The notes below the pieces were generated by a model that was given only the letters and a program-made list of their open reading frames with translations, was not told the DNA's origin and did not search any database. From Verrucomicrobiota bacterium (GTDB lineage Bacteria > Verrucomicrobiota > Verrucomicrobiia > Limisphaerales > SXQI01), in assembly GCA_033762115.1 (NCBI GenBank), contig JANRLX010000127.1, forward strand, positions 1-24,402: a DNA stretch of 24,402 bases. The letters run 5' to 3'. This document shows, in pieces, positions 16,919 to 24,402 of this stretch (the stretch's first letter is position 1; each line of letters opens with the position of its first letter). The position numbers were made by a program, and so were the translations under genes.

Positions 16919-17950
16919 ATGTCCTTTAAGCAATTTCCAACGCAATTGCAGGTCGTGCAGCTGCTCCAGCGCAGCCTCGAGAAAGGGCGGCTTGCCCACG
17001 CTTACCTTTTTAGTGGCAGCGACCTGAACGAGTTGGAAACAGCAGCGCTGACCCTGGCCAGGACATTGAATTGCGAGAATCCGCTCCGGGGGGAATCAGG
17101 GAATCCAATCGACTCATGCGATGTCTGCCTGAATTGCCGGAAAATCGAGGGAATGAACCATCCGGATGTTCAGCATGTCCGGCCTGAATCCAAAAGCCGC
17201 ATCATCACCATCGACCAGGTGCGTGACCTGATGCACACAATCCATCTCAAACCCACCCAGGCACAATATAAAGTGGCAATTATTTCGGGGGGAGACCGGC
17301 TCAATCCCCAGGCGGCCAACGCCTTTTTAAAAACCCTTGAAGAACCTCCGGCTCAATCGATCCTTATCCTCTTGAGCACTGAACCATCACGCCTCCTGGA
17401 AACGATTCTCTCCCGCTGTCTTCGCTTGAATTTTGGGGAAAACCTGATGCTGATTGGCAAACCGGAAGAGAAGGAATGGATCGGTCGATTTTCTCAACTG
17501 GCAGCCGAGGGGAAACGTGGGTTATTGGATCGGTATCGCCTCCTTGATGTTCTTTTGGGGCAGCTGACCCAGCTGAAAGAAGAGGTGCAGAAAACAGTAT
17601 CAGCTCGGTCTCCGCTCGAAAAATATGAAGAGATTGATCCCAAACTGCGGGACAAGTGGGAAGATGAGTTGAGCGCGGCAATCGAGGCCGAATACCGGCG
17701 GCGAAGATCAGATGCCCTCAATCTCCTGCAATGGTTGTTTCGAGATGTCTGGCTTCAAACCCTGGGAAAAGCAGCAGACTTGCTCACCTTCCCTGAATTT
17801 TCCACGTCCACCCTCACTATTGCGGCCCGCCTCTCCGAGGAGGAAGCCCTTACCAACCTGGAAGCTCTCGAACAAACCCAGCGAACCCTTTATACCAACG
17901 CCCAGGAGGCGCTCTCGCTGGAAGTGGGATTACTGAAATTGAAATTGTGA
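16919..17950 (+). CDS. holB: DNA polymerase III subunit delta'
   Basis: RLAHAYLFSG, Zn site (LNC...CDVCLNC), HPDV, AANAFLKTLEEPP and TILSRC, with a degenerate P-loop. Start at ATG 16919 (MSFKQF). Confidence 0.92.
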   Translation: MSFKQFPTQLQVVQLLQRSLEKGRLAHAYLFSGSDLNELETAALTLARTLNCENPLRGESGNPIDSCDVCLNCRKIEGMNHPDVQHVRPESKSRIITIDQVRDLMHTIHLKPTQAQYKVAIISGGDRLNPQAANAFLKTLEEPPAQSILILLSTEPSRLLETILSRCLRLNFGENLMLIGKPEEKEWIGRFSQLAAEGKRGLLDRYRLLDVLLGQLTQLKEEVQKTVSARSPLEKYEEIDPKLRDKWEDELSAAIEAEYRRRRSDALNLLQWLFRDVWLQTLGKAADLLTFPEFSTSTLTIAARLSEEEALTNLEALEQTQRTLYTNAQEALSLEVGLLKLKL

Positions 17951-19293
17951 CAGGTAAAGGGAAAAGCGAGGTTCCGGAGAGAGATTTTCGGCAATATTAC
18001 CCATTTCTCGCAGGGATCTGGCTGGTGATCAGCCTGCTGAAGATGGGCAATCCGGTGGTGCTTTATCAACAGATCATTCCACCATCCGGAATTGCCGAGT
18101 ACCTGATCACCGCATGGCCATTGTCCTGGGGTGTGATCATCGGAGGAGTTGTTCTCGCAATCGGCTTTCTCCTGGCCAAACCGATTCTCCCTTCGCGCCT
18201 GATCTTATTCTTCATGGCTCCTCTGGCCTGGTTTTTTTGGCAGCTGCTGGCCATGGCCCGCTCGATCACCCCGGAACTCAGCAAAGTGGTGGTGCTCCAT
18301 TTCGGTATCTGTCTTGCCGCTTACTTGATCGGGGCCTGGACCCTGGGCAAAATTTCCACCCGTCACCTCTGGTTCATGCTCCTGGGTGGGATGTCAATCG
18401 TCTTTCTACTCGGCTTTGACCAGCATTTTGGCGGGTTGGAGCATACCAGAAAGCAGTTCCATGCCTTGCCAAACTGGCAGGAATTCCCTCGCGAATACAT
18501 CCTTAAGATGAACAGTGACAGGATCTTCTCTACTTTGGTCTATCCAAACGCACTGGCCGGGGTTATTCTCCTGCTCTTTCCCATTCTCCTTTTTCAGCTC
18601 ATTTCACGAATTCCCACTTCTTCCCACTTTTCCCGCATCTTCCTGCTGGCCTTGTTCATTTATGGAGCGGGAGGCTGCTTTTACTGGACTGGCTCAAAAG
18701 CCGGGTGGCTGATTGCTATTGTGGTGGGAACGGTGGCACTTCTCTTCTCAAAATTTCCCACTCGCCAAAAGATCATTATCGTTACCCTGCTGCTGTTGGG
18801 AGGTGTGGGGGGATTTTTCTTAAAATATCAAACTTACTTTCAAAAGGGAGCCACCAGCGCGACTGCCCGTTTTGTTTACTGGAAAGGAGCGGCAAGCAAC
18901 ACGGGGACAAACCCAATACTGGGGACGGGCCCCGGTTCATTTGCGAAGGTATTCCAGCGGATCAAGCCTCCGGACGCAGAAATGGCCCGACTCGTGCATA
19001 ACGATTACCTCCAGCAGGCGTCCGATTCGGGAATACCGGGGGCGATTTTTTATTCTTTGTTTATCCTCGGGACCTTGTGGTTCACCCGGCCTCAAGGGGA
19101 GGGGATTTTTCAAACGGAAACGTTTTATTTGTGGCTCGGTTTTCTTGGCTGGGCGTTGCAGGGGCTTTTTGAGTTTGGCCTCTACATCCCTGCGCTGGCC
19201 TGGCCGGCATTCCTGATTGCGGGGCTGTTATGGTCCGGGAAAATGGTTCGACAATCAGGGCCAGGCGGGCAATCATCGGGCCTGACTCAGTGA
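17947..19293 (+). CDS. O-antigen ligase family (Wzy_C) membrane protein
   Basis: Many hydrophobic segments, with RIFSTLVYPNALAG, TGSKAG, ARFVYW, PILGTGPGSF and HNDYLQ. GTGA overlap with the holB stop. Confidence 0.85.
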   Translation: MTGKGKSEVPERDFRQYYPFLAGIWLVISLLKMGNPVVLYQQIIPPSGIAEYLITAWPLSWGVIIGGVVLAIGFLLAKPILPSRLILFFMAPLAWFFWQLLAMARSITPELSKVVVLHFGICLAAYLIGAWTLGKISTRHLWFMLLGGMSIVFLLGFDQHFGGLEHTRKQFHALPNWQEFPREYILKMNSDRIFSTLVYPNALAGVILLLFPILLFQLISRIPTSSHFSRIFLLALFIYGAGGCFYWTGSKAGWLIAIVVGTVALLFSKFPTRQKIIIVTLLLLGGVGGFFLKYQTYFQKGATSATARFVYWKGAASNTGTNPILGTGPGSFAKVFQRIKPPDAEMARLVHNDYLQQASDSGIPGAIFYSLFILGTLWFTRPQGEGIFQTETFYLWLGFLGWALQGLFEFGLYIPALAWPAFLIAGLLWSGKMVRQSGPGGQSSGLTQ

Positions 19294-19410
19294 AGTTCTC
19301 TTCCAAATGCACAGGGATTTTGCTTTGCGTTAACATTAACGTCGCTGCTAAAACTCCTGCTTTCGGTAAATTTCTTTCAGTTTCCTTAAAATCCGCTAAA
19401 AAACTGGGGC

Positions 19411-19439
19411 TTGACGTCATTCATGCCGCTCCCTAATCT
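19411..19439 (+). promoter_or_regulatory. sigma70-type promoter of accBC
   Basis: TTGACG-17 bp-TAATCT, about 120 nt upstream of accB. Confidence 0.55.
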
Positions 19440-19465
19440 CCCGCTCACATTCGTCCTATTAGATC

Positions 19466-19498
19466 AAGGCAGTGTCGGTTCCCGGCAACTGCTTTTTT
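19466..19498 (+). terminator. terminator-like hairpin upstream of accB (terminator of holB-ligase genes or leader attenuator)
   Basis: AAGGCAGT-GTCGG-ttc-CCGGC-a-ACTGCTTT followed by further T residues. Confidence 0.55.
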
Positions 19499-19559
19499 GC
19501 TTAATGCGTCGGAATTTGAAAAAGATGAAAGTCGGTGAACTCTCCAACAGATCGGGGCT

Positions 19560-20015
19560 ATGGATTTAAAAGATATCAAAGCCATCATCGATTTAATGAA
19601 GAAAAATTCGATTTCGGAATTCGAACTCGAAAAAGAAGAATTCAAAATCAAGCTCAAGCGAAGCACCAATGGCGGAGCAAGCCATGAGGAATTTCCGCCT
19701 ACAGTGTACCCGGCAACCCAGGGAGTGGCTGCTCTTCCAGCGCCAACGGTAACGCCGCATGCCACTCCCAGCACCGATCTTGAGATCAAATCCCCCATGG
19801 TGGGCACATTTTATCGTGCTCCATCCCCAGAAGCTGCTCATTATGTGGAGGTTGGGTCGGAAGTGGGACCGGATACCGTGGTCTGCATCATCGAAGCCAT
19901 GAAAGTGATGAATGAGATCAAGGCGGAAGTGCGGGGTGTGATTACTCAGATCCTGCTGGATAACGCAAAACCGGTGGAATTCAACCAGCCTTTGTTTAAA
20001 ATTCGGCCTCTTTAA
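19560..20015 (+). CDS. accB: acetyl-CoA carboxylase biotin carboxyl carrier protein
   Basis: IKSPMVGTFYRAPSP and the biotinylation motif EAMKVMN. Confidence 0.97.
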   Translation: MDLKDIKAIIDLMKKNSISEFELEKEEFKIKLKRSTNGGASHEEFPPTVYPATQGVAALPAPTVTPHATPSTDLEIKSPMVGTFYRAPSPEAAHYVEVGSEVGPDTVVCIIEAMKVMNEIKAEVRGVITQILLDNAKPVEFNQPLFKIRPL

Positions 20016-20037
20016 GTTCCGTTAACGATACCGCTCC

Positions 20038-21420
20038 ATGTTCGAAAAAGTTTTGGTGGCAAATCGCGGCGAAATCGCCGTTCGCGTCATTCGTGCCTGT
20101 AAAGAGTTAAACATTCGCACCGTTGCCGTTTATTCCGAGGCCGATGCCAATTCCATGCATGTGCAAATGGCTGATGAAGCGATTTGCATTGGCAAGAGCG
20201 CGAGCAGTGACAGTTACCTTCGGATTGACCGCATCATCAGCGCTGCGGAAATCGCCGATGTGGACGCGATTCATCCCGGTTACGGGTTTCTTTCTGAAAA
20301 TGCCCACTTCGCGGATGTTTGCGAGAACTGCAACATTCGTTTTATTGGCCCCAGTTCGCGGGCGATGAACGCCCTTGAAGATAAATCCACCAGCCGCAAC
20401 CTTGCAAAGCGGGCAGGGGTCCCTGTTCCTCCCGGTTCGGAAGGCTTGATCCAGAATGAGCAGGAAGCGTTAAGCACGGCGAAGCGAATCGGCTATCCGG
20501 TCATGATCAAGGCGATCGCGGGCGGGGGTGGACGAGGGATGCGGGTGGCCCATAATGATAATTCCCTGATCAAGGGTTATCATACCGCGCGGAGCGAAGC
20601 GGAAAAGGCTTTTGGGAATTCTGCGGTTTACATTGAGAAATTCATCGAGAACCCGCACCACATCGAATTCCAAATTCTTGGGGACAACAAGGGGAACATC
20701 ATTCATCTGGGGGAACGGGATTGTTCCATTCAGCGGCGCAACCAGAAAATCGTTGAGGAAACGCCATCACCGCTGATCGAGAACCGGTTCAAGGATTTGC
20801 GGAAAAAGATGGGGAAAGCTGCCATTCGCCTGGCGGAGGTGGCGAATTACACCAATGCCGGAACGGTTGAGTTCATTGTCGATGACAACGGCAATTTCTA
20901 CTTCCTGGAAGTGAACAAGCGTGTGCAGGTTGAGCATCCCATTACCGAGGAAGTCACCGGCATTGATATTGTGAAGCAGCAGATACTCATCGCTCTCGGG
21001 GAGACGCTGCGAATCTCCCAGGGAGACGTTACTTTCCGGGGGCACTCAATTGAATGCCGGATCAATGCGGAAGATCCGTTTGATGATTTCCGACCTTCCC
21101 CGGGGCGAATCGAAATGTATTATGCGCCGGGTGGGCGCGGGGTGCGGGTGGATAGCCATGCCTATGCCGGTTACACCATTCCTCCGCATTACGATTCACT
21201 CCTGGGCAAGCTGATCACGTATGGACGGGACCGCCGCGAGGCGATGGACAAAATGGCCCGGGCGCTCAGCGAGTATATGATCACCGGGGTGAAGACGACG
21301 ATTCCATTTGAATTGGCAATTCTCCAGGATCCCAACTTCCGGCGCGGCGTTTATTCGACGAATTTCATCGAGCAATTGCTGGGAGGCGGTCGCCGGGAAT
21401 TGATTGAGGAAAAGGCGTAA
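20038..21420 (+). CDS. accC: acetyl-CoA carboxylase biotin carboxylase subunit
   Basis: [39 protein letters not shown] and RINAED. Confidence 0.97.
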   Translation: MFEKVLVANRGEIAVRVIRACKELNIRTVAVYSEADANSMHVQMADEAICIGKSASSDSYLRIDRIISAAEIADVDAIHPGYGFLSENAHFADVCENCNIRFIGPSSRAMNALEDKSTSRNLAKRAGVPVPPGSEGLIQNEQEALSTAKRIGYPVMIKAIAGGGGRGMRVAHNDNSLIKGYHTARSEAEKAFGNSAVYIEKFIENPHHIEFQILGDNKGNIIHLGERDCSIQRRNQKIVEETPSPLIENRFKDLRKKMGKAAIRLAEVANYTNAGTVEFIVDDNGNFYFLEVNKRVQVEHPITEEVTGIDIVKQQILIALGETLRISQGDVTFRGHSIECRINAEDPFDDFRPSPGRIEMYYAPGGRGVRVDSHAYAGYTIPPHYDSLLGKLITYGRDRREAMDKMARALSEYMITGVKTTIPFELAILQDPNFRRGVYSTNFIEQLLGGGRRELIEEKA

Positions 21421-21484
21421 GACTCACGGAATTTCGCGACTTGCATTTGAGGTCGCCGTGACGCAACCTTAGCGCTGTTCGAAG

Positions 21485-21528
21485 AAGCCTGTTGCTGACC
21501 TGTTTCGCAGGTGCTGGCAGGCTTTTTT
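21485..21528 (+). terminator. terminator-like hairpin between accC and tRNA-Met
   Basis: AAGCCTGTTG/TGGCAGGCTT outer stem, ACCTG-tttcg-CAGGT inner stem, then a T tract. Confidence 0.6.
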
Positions 21529-21537
21529 GATCGGAAT

Positions 21538-21612
<75 letters not shown>

Positions 21613-21699
21613 TTTTTCTGAGTTGGTGAGTTTCTGACATACCACCCCGCCTACCAGTTTTCCCGCTTCCGAGGATCGTTTGGATGAATGACCTGCGGG

Positions 21700-21727
21700 T
21701 TGACAGGGAGTGAATGTGGAATACGAT
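21700..21727 (+). promoter_or_regulatory. sigma70-type promoter of tRNA-Glu
   Basis: TTGACA-16 bp-TACGAT, 17 nt upstream of the tRNA. Confidence 0.65.
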
Positions 21728-21744
21728 TGTGACCGGTTTTATTC

Positions 21745-21819
21745 GGCGCGTTCGTCTATCAGTTAGGACACGGCCCTCTCAAGGCTGAAAGACGGGTGCG
21801 ATTCCCGTACGCGCTACCA
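21745..21819 (+). tRNA. tRNA-Glu (CTC)
   Basis: Acceptor GGCGCGT/ACGCGCT, anticodon arm CGGCC-CT-CTC-AA-GGCTG, T stem ACGGG/CCCGT and encoded CCA. Non-canonical A18 and G55. Confidence 0.93.
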
Positions 21820-21845
21820 ATCCCCTTTTTTTTCACCGGCGGCGG

Positions 21846-22127
21846 CTGGATTGGGATTACACCTGGGATGGAGAGAACCGGTTGCTCAGCCAGACGAGCA
21901 AATCCGGCGCACCGAGCGGGTCGAAGCGGAAGCTGGAGTTTGCGTATGATCATCTCGGCAGGAGAATCCAGAAACGGCTCCTGACCTGGAACGGTTCAAG
22001 CTACGTGGAGAGTTACAAATATCGGTTCGTGTATGACGGCTGGAATATGCTGGCGGAACTTAACAGCACAATCTTGGTGCGCTCCTACATCTGGGGCACT
22101 GACCTCAGTGGAAGCTTGCAAGGGTAA
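21846..22127 (+). pseudogene. orphan RHS/YD-repeat gene fragment
   Basis: One frame reads LDWDYTWDGENRLL...FAYDHLGRRIQK...FVYDGWNMLAELN...RSYIWGTDLSGSLQG*. There is no credible start, and it stops before the RHS-associated core. Confidence 0.85.
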
Positions 22128-22187
22128 TAATATACTAGACGCAGTAGATGCCTGATAGAGTTGTGTGGGCAGCCAGCCGACTAAAAA

Positions 22188-22343
22188 TCATTTCTTAGTC
22201 CGCTTGCGCCGCTTACTCGGACGCGAATGTGAGACTTTCTTGTCAAGCTCCACCTTGGAAACATTGACCAAGCCTCTTGCCATTGCTTCAAACCGCTCGA
22301 ATGGCGTTCGTTCGTCCGGTTGGCATTTTTCTTTTTCAGCCAT
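22188..22343 (-). CDS. 51-aa basic hypothetical protein (below ORF-track cutoff)
   Basis: MAEKEKCQPDERTPFERFEAMARGLVNVSKVELDKKVSHSRPSKRRKRTKK*. ATG lies 3 nt after the upstream stop at 22347. Confidence 0.6.
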   Translation of the reverse strand: MAEKEKCQPDERTPFERFEAMARGLVNVSKVELDKKVSHSRPSKRRKRTKK

Positions 22344-22346
22344 CAA

Positions 22347-22763
22347 TCATGTCGCAGGCTTCTGCATAACGCAGTATAGCTCGCCATAGCTATCCCCGCA
22401 CAAACAAAATGGGTCTTCATGCTGGATGTCTTCGTCTTGGCCGAGCTTGCTGGTCCATTTTCCCGATGGCAGTTGCCGTGCGGCGTGCTGCCAATTCCCG
22501 TCCTTGTGGTATAGCGCGACTTTCTCAACCCCCGACTCTAAACCCGGCGACTCACATCGCGCATAACCAAGGCCGGCAAATACGGCTTCCAATGATTCAA
22601 TGCTGGGATTGCGCGGTCCCGGCCATTTATATCCGGGCAGGTGGCTCCACCACTCGCTCTGGTCATTTACGGCCCATGCAATGCAGTTGTATTGGGCATC
22701 CTCGTTGCTTGTGACGGTGTGCTTACCACACGCATTTGGAAATTGTTGCTCAATCCAAGTCAT
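22347..22763 (-). CDS. small Cys/His protein, putative papain-like/thiol-hydrolase fold (DUF7689-like, tentative)
   Basis: YNCIAWA, EKVALY, WQHAARQ and WTSKLG..EDIQH. ATG 22763 overlaps the last 14 nt of the methyltransferase gene. Confidence 0.8.
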   Translation of the reverse strand: MTWIEQQFPNACGKHTVTSNEDAQYNCIAWAVNDQSEWWSHLPGYKWPGPRNPSIESLEAVFAGLGYARCESPGLESGVEKVALYHKDGNWQHAARQLPSGKWTSKLGQDEDIQHEDPFCLCGDSYGELYCVMQKPAT

Positions 22764-24402
22764 TGATATACCCGTGTTCTTTGCCCCAAACAATCCAAGC
22801 CTCTGCCATCTTATTTATCTTTCCCTCGTCTTTTGCTTCGACCGGATTTGCGCCAGTGATCGAAGAGAGGGCAGAGAACCAGTGGCCCGGCTTCTTTCTC
22901 AATTCCGCCAGCAGAGCGGGAACTGCTGGCCATCCTATTCCGATAATTGACTGATAAATCGGATGGGCCGTCATGGCGGCAATATTCATTCCCTTTGGCC
23001 TTTTTCGCTCCCACTCAAGTAAAAGCTTCGCGACATTTTCAGCCATCCCTTGGTCATCGGCCATTGATTCCACAATCTCCCGACTGATACTTTCTATTTG
23101 CCCCTTTCTACGTTTTACCCATTCGATTAACGCAGCAGTCAATGGAAACTTAAATCTGGCGATGCGAGGTGCTGTGATTTTTCTGCCATAGCTAAACCGC
23201 CATCGCTCAAGTCTTACCACCGCAGCAGCTATGTAGAGCGCTTCTTCGGGAGTGCCGCGTTTGGGAATTAATATTAGGCAATCGTCGGTTACGCCGCACG
23301 GCAATCGCTGCACGAAACTAGCCCCAATGCTGCCAGTACTAGGCACAGTTGTAAATGGCGGTGTAATCAAGTTATCGAAGTTGAAAAATCCGTAACAACC
23401 ATTGTATTCTCCGGATGAAGAAACAACTAAAGAGTCACCAGCTTCCAGCCATTCTTTGCTGTGAAGTTCTCGCTGCCCATAGTAAATGTTAAAATAATTA
23501 CCAAGCAGTTCCGGAGCATCATCAAGTGTGTATCCTTTACCCGTACCCTTGGCAATTTCACTGTATTGCCGATGTTTAACTGTCTTGGATTGTATCCGTT
23601 TGTAAAAAATCGACAACGCATCGGCATGCTTTGCGTGAAGTGCCGCATCACTTCGCAACATCTCGTCAATGTTGCCCCGGATGTCAGCCTCAAGCGCGGT
23701 CGCGCTGTCAATGTATGCGCCGGGCGACCAATCATGGTCGGCTGCTAGGGGCTTCCAGCTGTACCAGCCCGGTAATTCCTGGTGTTTTCTAAACGCTTGT
23801 AGAGTGCTGGTAAACTGCTCGCCAGCTTGGGCAATCCTAACATTCTTCTTTAACCTGAACCCATCGTTCTCGATTCTCGCAAAAAACACTTCGTCTTTTG
23901 GCTTATGGGGAACTCCTTTGATCAGCAATGCTACGTTCGTATATGTCGTTGCGTATGGCTGGAAAAGTTCATCTGGAAGCTTTATGACAGCGCGAAGCGT
24001 GTGCTTCTTCAAAACAAGTTCTCGCCATGTTCGCTTAATGCCGCCCTTAACCAGCATAGATGCAGGGACGACGATTGCAGCTTGCCCTCGAACGCGCAGG
24101 GCATCCAATGCACGGTCAACGAATTTTTCAGGCTGCTCATCACTGCCAGCATGTGGGAACGGGGGGTTACCTAAAGCAATATCAGCCGCGTTGACTGGAT
24201 ACCTCGGGTCAGTGAAGCAGTCTCCTTTAATCACTCCGCTTGTTCCGTCGCCACGCAAAATCATGTTTGCGACACAAAGACCAGCGGTGATCGGCTCACT
24301 CTCAAATCCCCAAAGGTGGTCCTTTACAAGTGCCTTCACTTGAGCGTGCGTCAAGTGCCTGTTTCCTATCATGCGATAGAGACTAGAGATTAGGAAGCCA
24401 CC
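22750..24402 (-). CDS. N6-adenine DNA methyltransferase with fused TRD/specificity-like domain and extra C-terminal helical domain; 5' end outside window
   Basis: The frame is open to the window edge (GGFLISSLYRM, the tail of SAM-binding motif I). It has NMILRGDG, catalytic NPPF (24157-24168), IKLPDELFQP and NDGF. A TRD-like region follows (YFNIYYG...SSSGEYNG...GSIG...DDCLILIPK...FSYGRK), then about 98 aa (HPIYQSIIGIG...LLAEL...HWFSALSSITGANP...WIVWG). Confidence 0.9.
   Translation of the reverse strand, partial: GGFLISSLYRMIGNRHLTHAQVKALVKDHLWGFESEPITAGLCVANMILRGDGTSGVIKGDCFTDPRYPVNAADIALGNPPFPHAGSDEQPEKFVDRALDALRVRGQAAIVVPASMLVKGGIKRTWRELVLKKHTLRAVIKLPDELFQPYATTYTNVALLIKGVPHKPKDEVFFARIENDGFRLKKNVRIAQAGEQFTSTLQAFRKHQELPGWYSWKPLAADHDWSPGAYIDSATALEADIRGNIDEMLRSDAALHAKHADALSIFYKRIQSKTVKHRQYSEIAKGTGKGYTLDDAPELLGNYFNIYYGQRELHSKEWLEAGDSLVVSSSGEYNGCYGFFNFDNLITPPFTTVPSTGSIGASFVQRLPCGVTDDCLILIPKRGTPEEALYIAAAVVRLERWRFSYGRKITAPRIARFKFPLTAALIEWVKRRKGQIESISREIVESMADDQGMAENVAKLLLEWERKRPKGMNIAAMTAHPIYQSIIGIGWPAVPALLAELRKKPGHWFSALSSITGANPVEAKDEGKINKMAEAWIVWGKEHGYINDLD

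Larger units (their letters stand above)
22123..24402. mobile_element. putative end and cargo of an inserted element (IS1595-family-like); transposase and other end outside window
   Basis: RHS coding sequence stops abruptly at GGTAATAATATACTAGACGCA, which resembles my recollection of IS1595-family terminal repeats. The genes beyond it are more AT-rich and RM-related. No transposase is visible. Confidence 0.45.

Noticed and set aside
21759..21984. Short ORFs overlapping tRNA-Glu
   Set aside because: Artefacts of translating the tRNA and alternative frames of the RHS fragment.
23669..24343. 224-aa plus-strand ORF
   Set aside because: Antisense to the methyltransferase, Ser/Phe-rich, with no domain signature.

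Overview
Most of this window (1-21.8 kb) is core chromosome. Gene content and protein style suggest Verrucomicrobiota (Pedosphaera/Limisphaerales-like), which is an inference. It encodes a 5'-truncated RluA pseudouridine synthase-rRNA methyltransferase fusion, an MBL-nuclease/ATP-dependent DNA ligase fusion, rpsO-pnp and an RRM protein. It also carries a HAD-Nudix/folB/HTH-Zn-ribbon operon, an aldo/keto reductase, a class V aminotransferase-erpA-PNPOx-like cluster and a decayed small-protein/nucleotidyltransferase pair. These are followed by 2-oxoacid:acceptor oxidoreductase alpha/beta, DUF192, holB, an O-antigen ligase-like gene, accBC, tRNA-Met(CAT) and tRNA-Glu(CTC). Accessory DNA starts right after tRNA-Glu: an orphan RHS fragment is cut off at a sequence resembling an IS1595-family end, followed by a tightly coupled minus-strand operon that runs off the window. 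That operon is the best candidate for an undescribed system: an m6A methyltransferase with a specificity (TRD-like) domain carries an extra C-terminal helical domain and is coupled to a small Cys/His (papain-like) protein and a 51-aa basic ORF, an architecture suggesting a restriction-modification protein guarding a toxin. The second highlight is the HAD-Nudix fusion overlapping folB, a candidate for both dephosphorylation steps from dihydroneopterin triphosphate to dihydroneopterin. Family assignments come from motif recognition only; no searches were run.
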